NCBI RefSeq assembly: GCF_006345805.1
Contig: NC_042998.1
Location: 190,960,001-191,024,000, forward strand
Source: Octopus sinensis
Lineage: Eukaryota
Length of the DNA stretch: 64,000 bases
Direction: 5' to 3'
The translations under genes were made by a program, and so were the position numbers. Positions within the stretch are counted from its first letter, which is position 1. Each line of letters starts with the position of its first letter. Positions 53,649-64,000 of the stretch are shown one piece after another. The notes beneath the pieces are model-generated. The model did no database searches and was not told the origin of the DNA. It saw only the letters and a program-made list of their open reading frames with translations.

Positions 53649-56434
53649 TTCTGTGTTATGTAAACTTGTATTTAACAGTTAACTAGTGCTTCCATTTTAT
53701 TTAAAACAGATTGCGTTTTTTTCCTTCTCAAATTTTTACTTGGAAGTGAAATAAATAATAGAAAAGGACACATAGGAATCCTAGTTTTTATATCATTTCA
53801 AAACCTATGCATACATAAATACACTCGCACGCGCACATATCGGTATAGACATAGATGTCTACATATGCAAAGGACTTCTGTCGGCCAATGTCAACTACAT
53901 AACTGTCCATGTATGTGCATGCCGGGTAAGACGTTATGAATATTCTACGTTTTGATCTTAGCCAAAAGGCCGAGACGGGATAGATTTTTGAAGACTAGCA
54001 ATTGCCCCCGTATGCTAGTCTACCTTCTTCACGATACTGATGTTTATCCAAGTGAAAGGCCACTGACTGGGGCCGAGAAAACTTGGTCCCAAGTCATAAT
54101 AGGTGTTGCTGTCAGAATGCAAACAGCCGAAATAGATACCGCAAGACATCTCGCTCAATCATAAAGTATTTCTGCCAATCCACCGTCCTAGAGAGGTACT
54201 TTTTTAAAGATATCGAATGAATTAAAAAGTAAAGTTGGTTCGCCAAGAATTGAACGAACAAACCGAAAGAAATAGTGTAGAGCAATATTTGTTCACAATG
54301 TATGTGCTCTGATTAGGCGTGTGATGAAAATGCAATTCTGTTAAAACCATTCCGGTAATGTGATGTAGCTATACATTATGCAGTGTGTTCTCTCTTTCTG
54401 AAATAGTTGATTATGATTTGAAGGATATTTAGCTGCTATTTCCATAAGATAGATCGACCTTTTGAAAGCTTGCGATGATTGTGCTTTCTTCAATTAACAT
54501 TAGCGTATTTAAATTTACATAGGATTTTCTTATTAGCGAATATATATTGAGAATCTTTACGCATGAATCTCGACACACTTTCAAAAATAATAAACGCATT
54601 TATATATTCTTTAAAACAGAATGAGTTCATTTTTTTCCTTTTCACAAAGGTGATTTACATCCTTAGGGGAGGTAACACCTGATATACACTCGTTCCGTCT
54701 ATCAATCTGCGTGAATTTTATTTTTTACATTTTCTACCTTTGTGTATTTTACCTTTCACATTTTTCAATTGCATTCGTTTTCTCGTTTTCTTACACCTGT
54801 ATCTCTCGCGTTTACCTGTTATTGTTATATTTCTCATTTGCTTTGCTCTCGTGAACATATTCAGAATAACGAGCTTCAACGGAAAATACTTAGCGTTATA
54901 TAATTTTGTCCTTGTTTTTATTTGATTTGTACGAAATATATCTCGTGTAAAACTTATCTGTTTTTTTTTTTCATTCAACAGATATTAATAAAGAAACACC
55001 ATAAACAAAACAGCTTCCTGTTTCCAAATGGTAACATTTGAAACAATATTCTAGATTTTTTACTTTTCTGATGTGTGTATAACTAAACCAATGAAGGCTA
55101 CAAGATTCACAAGGAATATTTGTCCGTTCTACAAAGTAATAGTCATACACGCACACACAAACAAGCACACACACAAACACTTACAAGACGCACACGCACG
55201 GCCGTACGTACACTCATAGCTACACATGCATTCAGGCGCATGCACACACTACAACCCAACGCACAGACAAGACGGATGAAAAACGAAACAAAAATCAAAG
55301 AGATTTACAAGTAAAAGACATAAAGGGTATTGTCCAGATTGGAGAGATTTAGAAAAGCAAACTAAAGAAATCAAGATAAAATTAACAGCTGAAGATAATC
55401 GATACAGAATATGTAGCAAAAACAATAGAAACGAACGTAGTAAACATTGGAGGAAAGCGAGGAAGATGATTCAAATTTGAAAGTAAAACAGATAAAATGA
55501 ACTGGCTTAGGAATATTGATAGCTGCGGCAAGGAATATTTAAAATTGTTTGGATTACCACTTATAAGAACTTGCTGGTTTTCTCACATATGTCATTGTGT
55601 ATATGAACGATTTTATAGAATAAAATATATCGGAGTATTGTTTTCAGACCCATTTTACAGAGTAGGAAATAATAGCCTAATGTTGATTTTGGAGCTAGTT
55701 ACTAAGAAAGTAACCGTTTTATAAGACTCATTATTCAATGTTCTTTATTGCATTGACTTATTTAGTGTTTTTTCTTACAGTTCTGTGAGAATTCTTTGAT
55801 ATTTAATCAGATTTACATAAAGTGAGAAAAAGATAGTTAGGGCCGGGAAATCAATGTGAAATAACACTTACATGATCAGACTACATTAGTTTAGAAAAAC
55901 GAGAGAGAAGAAAGTGGAATTATTTCGAAAACCTGTGAAATATAAACAGTTGTCTGCAGTAATCAAAGACAATATAAGAAGAAAATCGGCTTGCTTCTAA
56001 GACAGAAATCAGAAATAAGAAGGCATAAGATTTTAATTGTACAAATGTAAAATTAGATGACTTATCTTACTTTCAAGAGAAACTTTTAATAAATGTAAAG
56101 AAAAATAGGAACATTTAAAATACAGAAAAATACCAACCTTCCTATCTACCTCTCTACCTACCTACATATATATATACACAAGTAAGCTTACATAATAATA
56201 CATACATACATATATGGATGCATGCATGCATACATACATACATACATACATACATACAAACATACATACATACATACACACGTGTGCGTGCAGGCACATG
56301 ATACTTTATATATAAGAAAAAGCAAGAAATAAGAATCTAATATTCTAAAAGACAATAATTAATGAGATGATAAATACTAGGCTCTAAAACCATATACATA
56401 CGCATACCATCAATCATTTGCACATATATAAACA

Positions 56435-56469
<35 letters not shown>

Positions 56470-56669
56470 ACACACACACACACCACACACACACAAACAC
56501 ATACACACACACAGAGGCACACAAAAACACACATACACATGTGCCTACAGAGAAATATTTGTGAAATGGTAACTCGAAGAGAGAGTCTTAAGTGTTTGAA
56601 AGCACATTTAGATTTTTTTTACTTGTAATAAATATACACACATACATACACACTAATATAGATGCATTC

Positions 56670-56770
<101 letters not shown>

Positions 56771-56811
56771 CATATATATATACACACACACATATATATA
56801 TATGTATATGC

Positions 56812-56844
<33 letters not shown>

Positions 56845-56850
56845 CATATG

Positions 56851-56902
<52 letters not shown>

Positions 56903-57014
56903 TATATATATATACATATGTATATATATGAGTGTGTGTGTGTCTATGTGTTACAACAATGTAACTGCACGTGTGCCGTTGGCGATTTCTTCTTCTTGGA
57001 CTTTTCCCTTTGTC

Positions 57015-57048
57015 CTTTCTGACAAAGAGCTATGCTCAAAAACATGAA
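57015..57048 (+). ncRNA. Hammerhead relic in a short repeat (about 56960-57130)
   Basis: cttt CTGACAA A GAGC tat GCTC AAAAACAT g. The three core defects are G>A changes at inferred ancestral CpGs, plus one extra A. Confidence 0.5.
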
Positions 57049-57165
57049 CTCTCTCCTTTCAGCGAGCGTCAAGCTAATACACTTCCTGTGCACGTCCTCA
57101 CGTTGTTGTTATCCTTTCTTCGCTCTTTTTATTCGTTTATTTGAATTAATTATTTATTTGAATTG

Positions 57166-57223
<58 letters not shown>

Positions 57224-57313
57224 ATTGTAATTTATAGAAAAACAAAAGACGAAACAGGTGTATGAACAACAGGCAAGTGTTTTAGCTTGACGCTCGAAAA
57301 AAATGAAAAATTG

Positions 57314-57347
57314 TTTTACGTTTTGAGGCTACGCTCTTCAGCAGAAA
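57314..57347 (-). ncRNA. Hammerhead relic in a short repeat (about 57235-57420), same family as 3303-3445
   Basis: Minus: ttt CTGCTGA A GAGC gtag CCTC AAA ACGT A aaa. Flanking sequence aligns with the 3303 copy. Confidence 0.55.
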
Positions 57348-57447
57348 GGAATAAGAAGAAATGAAAAGAGAGAAAAGGAAAAAACGTGTAGAGTTCAGCG
57401 GTCTAGCGTGGTGATGACTGGAAAAAAAGCGATTGAAAGAAAGGGAG

Positions 57448-57531
<84 letters not shown>

Positions 57532-57951
57532 GAGGTTGAATGGAAGGGTAAAACATTATAGTGCTAGTGATCCTAACAACAGAAGGTTTGCGTGCGTATG
57601 TGTATGCGAAATTGGTATGAATGAGTGTGTAAGTGTGTATGTGTAAATAGGACTTTCCTATGTCTCCTGTTTCCAAAGAAGAGCTTTACTTGAAACATAA
57701 AACAGCCACTCTTATTTTCTTTCTCTGGCGTCTTATTAATACTTTGCATATACCACATCCTCACGTGGTTGTATCTTGTTTTTTTGCTTCGATTTTTTGA
57801 TTAATCGTATATATATATACATGTGGTTGTGTGCGCGTATGTAAGAATATATATATGTGTACAGGTGTGCGTGTGTGCGTGTTTCTGCAAGCATGTATGT
57901 GTTCGTGTTCGTACAACCGTTATGCTTTCTGATTGCTACTATATATATGTA

Positions 57952-58109
57952 TAGGCGCAGGAGTGGCTGTGTGGTAAGTGGCTTGCCTACATGGTTCCCG
58001 ATTCAGTCCCACTGCATGGAAACTTGGGTAAGTGTCTTCTATTATAGCCTCCGGCCGACCAAGTCCTTGTGAATGAATTTGGTAGGCGGAAACTGAAAGA
58101 AGCCCGTCG

Positions 58110-58173
<64 letters not shown>

Positions 58174-58386
58174 CATGTTTGTATGTATGTATGTATGTAT
58201 GTATATGTATGTATGTATGTACGTGTGCGTGTATGTTTGTGTGTCTGTGTTTGTCTCCCCAACATCGCTTGCCGACCGATGCTGGTGTGTTTACATCCCT
58301 GTAATCTAGCGGTTCGCCCAAAAACTGATAGGGTAAGTACTAGGCTTACAGAGAATAAGTCCTGGGGTCGATTTGCTCCACTAAAG
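57952..58386 (+). mobile_element. Family-A SINE whose 3' end is replaced by a fold-back duplication
   Basis: Head aggcgcaggagtggctgtgtggtaag; consensus is followed to ctaaag, then inverted. Confidence 0.9.
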
Positions 58387-58768
58387 AGTGGAGCAAATCG
58401 ACCCCACGACTTATCCTTTATAAGCCTAGTACTTACTTATATAACTGCTTCGTGAATTTGGCGATTACAAGGCCGATTTATATTCTAGCCAGTCGCGATG
58501 CGAATTATTGCTAAGAGTCGTGCGACTAAACGATTAACTGTCGTTAGTTCAACAGCACTTAAAATGGTGAATAGCGAAAGCAACTGTTAAATGTCTCTCG
58601 AGATATCGAGAGAACTTCAGAAACAGATTTCAGATTTTATTCGTGAAATATATGTGACATCCATTTACTTATATGATTAATTCGTAAATACAAGTTCGAC
58701 AATGTTTCTTGCGAATATATGTGTGTGTGTGTTTGTGTATGTCTGTGTATGTATATATTATATATATA

Positions 58769-58799
<31 letters not shown>

Positions 58800-58871
58800 G
58801 AAATTCGGGGTGAGTACTTGATAATTGTAAGCACCTGTATATACCGTTTGGTGGTGTAGGTGGTGGAGTAA

Positions 58872-58938
58872 ATTGATCAAAAAACATGATGCCAAGGATT
58901 CAGCCGCTGAATCCTTGGCATCATGTTTTTATTTTGAT

Positions 58939-58942
<4 letters not shown>
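58872..58942. repeat. Near-perfect palindrome
   Basis: aaaaacatgatgccaaggattcagc c gctgaatccttggcatcatgttttt (25-bp perfect arms) plus outer attgatcaa/ttgatcaat. Confidence 0.95.
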
Positions 58943-59011
<69 letters not shown>

Positions 59012-59342
59012 TATATACATATACATACACATACACGCACTCGCACACACAACATACATACACACACACATACACATATATACATATCTATGTATGTATA
59101 ATGAAACCTCATTCCATAAGCAATTATTGAACATCAAAGAGTATATTCCCCCATGTGTAGATATTATGCGTGGATCATTTAAAAATAAATTTAATACTTA
59201 CTTGATATTTACTAAGTATTAATTGAAACAGTTGTAAGTGTAGATGATTAATTTGCTCTTAATAATAAACAATTAATTACTTCCCAATCTCCAATTTCTT
59301 TTTCTTATACACACACACAACACACACACACACACACACACA

Positions 59343-59405
<63 letters not shown>

Positions 59406-60556
59406 TCGTGACTATATATACATGTATATTTTAATTGTGTACATATATATATACATACATACATACTTACGTACATATATATATATATATATGTGATGTA
59501 TATATTGAAAGAGAGCGAGAGAGAGAGAGAGAGAGAGAGAGAAAGGGATAAAATGTGAGATAGAACATGGAAGCATTTATTTCACAAATATTTCTTCAAT
59601 TATATTCAACACCTGTTTCGTTAAGTAACACGCTAACAAATGTATAACTTCATAATTGTGATGCATTATCAAATTTAATTTCATTTAAAAAAGTGTTTAC
59701 CCTAATCGACAGAACGGTGAACAATCTAGAAGGATATGCGAAATTCTTGCTCTTCTCCTTTTATGCGAAATATATTGCGCTTCGAGAGCGCTCTCGCCGA
59801 TTATGTAAATGCATGTAAGTTGGTTCCGCTTGGTTTATCCAACTAAATATAAGTCGGAGTTTAATAACATCTGTTATGAATTAAGCTCCGATTTACCGTG
59901 ACGTTTTTTCGTCGATGTTTATACATGAATTATCTCCCTTATTTTCTCTCCTTCTCTGCCTGTCTGTCTGTCTCTCATTCTCTGTCTCTCTCGTTCTTTA
60001 TGTATATATATAATTATTAATATATGTCTATGTACACACACATACACACACACACGCACACACCTTGCTCTTGGTCTAATCGTATACCCTCAGGAGGCTG
60101 TTATCAGGAGCATACCTTCCACATCACACTCATGCTTTTGTTTCAGGGATATCAAGGACAATATTATCCAACGTATGTTCACCTTGTAAAACATTGCATG
60201 TCGTGTGATAATGGATATCCGACTTCTATTTCTAGCAGGTCCGGAAACCTACGTAGAAAGCTCAAGCTATTTCCTGCTTGTTCATGTATTTTTTTTTTTC
60301 TGCTTGAACAGTTCTTTAACTAAATCACTAACTGTATTATATATAGTACATATTAATTCGAAGCGACGATACTGTGATATTTAGTGCAATGTGTTTAGAT
60401 GAAGCTGCTATGTAATCTGGTGTTGTCCCAATTAGAGGTATTACCGGACTTTAAGCGTGTGTTACGGGATTTTTATATTTTTTCATGCTTTTGCAGTTGT
60501 CTTGAACTACGTTCTGCTGATAATGAAGAGTTTTTTTTTCTCTACTTTCTCACCGT

Positions 60557-60595
<39 letters not shown>

Positions 60596-60778
60596 TTTTT
60601 TTTTTTTGTCTGATCGTGAATTCAGACGTTTCAACTGATTAGATTCTCGGTTAGTATTTACATGTGGCCGATGTAGATCGATATATTTGCCACTTTCCGG
60701 CTTTCAAATGAAGTAGTAAACTAAACTGTTGAAACTAACCGTATAACTGGTAGATCAGTGCGTGCGTTTGTATGTATG

Positions 60779-60901
<123 letters not shown>

Positions 60902-60909
60902 CGGGATTG

Positions 60910-60941
<32 letters not shown>

Positions 60942-61823
60942 AGGCAGAGAAAGATAAGGGTGGGGGTGTGAATTAATTTACAGAAGTAAGTAGAGGAGTT
61001 TGGAGAGAGATGGACAAAAAGATGGATGAAGACAAAGGAGGGTCTGAATTGTTATTTTGGCAAACCAATTGAAACTGGAGACGTCTGGCAATTACAACAT
61101 CTGCCCAAGCTAATCTTCAGATAGATCACTCGTATAATCCGCTAAAAGCATTTGGGAATGTCCTATAAGTGGTAGGCTTAGAGGATACTCTCGGTTGACG
61201 TTTACCATCATCATTATCGTCACCATTTCCATCATGGCCACCACCTTTTCTCTTCGTCTTCCTCCTCCTCCTCATCATCATCATCACTGCAGTATCAATC
61301 ACTTCCTAAACGAATAAAGAAGGTGCCAACCATACTTGAAGAAGCGGTCCTTCAAGTGACTTATCAAATCAACCAGCATTTAAGTCGTTACTTCCATTTC
61401 TTCCACAATTTGTCTTCTAAAATTACAATTTTAATAAAATAAATAGACACCTGGGAATTTTTTTTTCTCAAATAATTAGAACAATTAACTTAAAGTCACC
61501 ATTCACATGGAAAATGATAGCAACATAATATAAAGAGTATTAAAAGGTGAACTTGGTTCTTGCTAACTGATTAAGACTGCCTAAATTAACTATGTTTATA
61601 TTAACGTAATTAGAACGATTCCACTTCAATTCATTATAGTGTTGATATAATTGTCAATTTCGCTGCAAAATTAAAGACTACTATAGTTTGAAGAGCCTAA
61701 TGTCGATCTGTGATTTTCTCTCTTTGCTTCTGTTACTCTAAATTAGCTAAATCCATACCCTCTCCACCTAAACCTACTCGATGAACTTGTCTTCCCATCT
61801 CACCAACCTCATTATCTCTTATC

Positions 61824-62116
61824 CGGTGGAGGCACATGGCCTAGTGGTTAGAATAGCGGACTCGCGGTCAAGGGATCGCGGGTTCGAATCTCAGACCGGG
61901 CGATGTGTGTGTTTATGAGCGAAACACCTAAGCTCCACGCGGCTCTGGCAGAAGGTAATTGCGAACATCAGCTGACTCTTTCGCCACAGCTTTCTCTCAC
62001 TCTTTCCTCCTGCATCTTGCAGGTCGACTGCGACAGACCGGCGTCCCGTCCAGGTGGGGAACCTATACACCAAGGAAACCGGGAAAACCAGGCATGGCTT
62101 GAGAAGGAACAAACAA
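61824..62116 (+). mobile_element. Family-D SINE with 13-bp TSD
   Basis: TSD attatctcttatc at 61811-61823 and 62117-62129; homologous to 53396-53648 but with a longer centre. Confidence 0.93.
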
Positions 62117-62478
62117 ATTATCTCTTATCTCCCGTATAACTTGACTGAAAGCTCTTTCTCACCACCGCAAGCCTCTAGGCTGAATTTAGGTAAATATTCC
62201 TTCGAACAGTCGGTCAGCAGCGACGCCTGCTGGGGGTTCGGCTACTCCACATTCATGAGAGGCAACTACCTCGAAACTAGCTTGTGGTTGCCAAACCAAC
62301 AAGGGGAAGCAGCTGACCTCCCCTGTTCGAAGGTTATAATGGACACAGGTTTGTGTGTCACATAGCTAGCTAGAGGCGATGGCCTCTTGGAGCTAATCAA
62401 CGGCAACATTCGTCCTATTTTTCTGGACTGCCATGTTAGCTTGACTATAGCTGTGTGTATGTGCGTATGTGTGTGTGT

Positions 62479-62530
<52 letters not shown>

Positions 62531-62539
62531 GCGTGTGTG

Positions 62540-62760
62540 TGTTTGTGTGTCTGTGTTTGTCCCCCACCATCGGTTGACATCCGATGGTGGCGTGTCTACG
62601 TCGCCGTAACATTAGCTGTTCGGCAAAAGATACCGATAGAATAAGTACTAGGATTACAAAGAATAAGTCTTGGGGGTTGATTTGTTCTCACTAAAGGTCG
62701 TGCTCCAGCATGGCCACAGTTAAATGACTGGAACAAATACAAGAATAAAAGAATAGAAGA
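62540..62760 (+). mobile_element. Family-A SINE 3' half
   Basis: gtctgtgtttgtccccc..gataccgatagaataagtactagg..tgctccagcatggccacagttaaatgactg. Confidence 0.85.
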
Positions 62761-62839
62761 ATATATATATATATATATATATATATGACTACGTATACAA
62801 CATATACACACACCCAAACACACACACACACACGCACAT

Positions 62840-62876
<37 letters not shown>

Positions 62877-64000
62877 TATATATCTATATACGTATGTATT
62901 ATGGTGTACATCAAATAGCTATACAAAAATTAGGGGGTATTAAATTAGACGGTCAATAAAACAGCCAGAGTTTATTAGTTCTCAGTTGTGTTCCCTTTGA
63001 TTTTTAATATGAAAGCTACGAGTGAAAACACGACGTACGATATAATCGATCCTGTAAAAGAAAATGTGATGTATAAGAAAGGAATAGAAATGGAAAAAAA
63101 TGGGGAAAAAATGTGTGCATCCTTTAATCTTCCAGCATTCCCCTATGATTTTATCTCATCAAATTATCTAGAACTTTTGTTCTCACAATCTAGTTTTAAG
63201 GATGAAGGGTGCTCCTGTTACGCATAAACAGTCATAAAAACAGGAATACATTGTTTTATAGTGGGGCTTCATTAATACACCATCGAGACCCAAAAATAAT
63301 TGAATTTCTTCAGAATCCACAGAGGATGTATTATTTAAAAAAATGATGTCTTTCATAATAGTATGAAAAAGTATCATTCTTAGATGTCAGTGTAGTCAAA
63401 GCAAATATCAATACAATATTTTCTTTAGGCATCAAGTATTATTTTTTTTTTGCGTGATTGTAAAGGGTTTATAATTAATTTCAGCATTGGAGTATAATTT
63501 ATTATTCCCCAATCATATATTTCATTAAGAAATTCGAAGAAGGAAAGAGAATGTTATATGTAATAACCATCGAAGTAACTGTCAGCGATCGGTAATTAAA
63601 AAAAAAAAAATATATAAGACCCAATTTTCGCAGAGGGTAAAGAGAAAACGGAGAAAAAGTTATTCACGGGTGATAAATCAAATAGTTGAAATATTGCGTT
63701 CAAGCACAAATTATTGCCTTTTTAACTTGTAGTTTATAGGAGTGCTGACGAAAAGTTAGATTGGGCGAAGTATACGTCTTCAATATCAGTATCAGGAATA
63801 TTTGTGATATATATATATACATATCCCACTCAGAAAGATAGAGCGATCAAGCTATAAAGATATAATCAACTTCGCCTAAAATTACTATATACGTTACAAG
63901 ATATATACTTCTAACAATATTAACATCCTTGGAATGCTTCTACATCAGAGACAAAGTATAAGGAAGGTAATAATTGCTTTGATGTCAACAGATATCATTT

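Noticed and set aside
61828-61910. tRNA-like sequence (also at 9940-10012, 53570-53642 and the family A/B heads)
   Set aside because: A and B boxes are present, but there is no paired acceptor stem and the sequence continues into a repeat body with TSDs, so these are SINE heads.

Overview
AT-rich, microsatellite-saturated eukaryotic nuclear DNA, probably from an octopus (inferred from the (TA)n/(TATG)n/(TATC)n/(TAA)n load and from SINE families I recall as octopod; no search was run). No host gene can be named. Nearly all listed ORFs are microsatellite translations, and only a few weak candidate exons remain. The window is mostly mobile-element debris: four tRNA-headed SINE families (about 20 copies), LINE relics (two RLE/R4-Dong-like, one CR1/L2-like, one RTE), a mariner fragment, a Penelope-like (PLE) RT fragment, two GG-TIR MITEs with 8-bp TSDs and Helitron pieces. 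The main signal is about a dozen hammerhead-ribozyme (HHR) motifs from several unrelated short repeats, most of them next to (TA)n or other simple-repeat tracts. One is an apparently intact extended type I HHR (34897-34967, minus). Two identical HHRs lie in a perfect 95-bp inverted repeat (37562-38615). The rest are minimal HHRs with palindromic stem III in various stages of decay. All folds were done by eye and none is tested.
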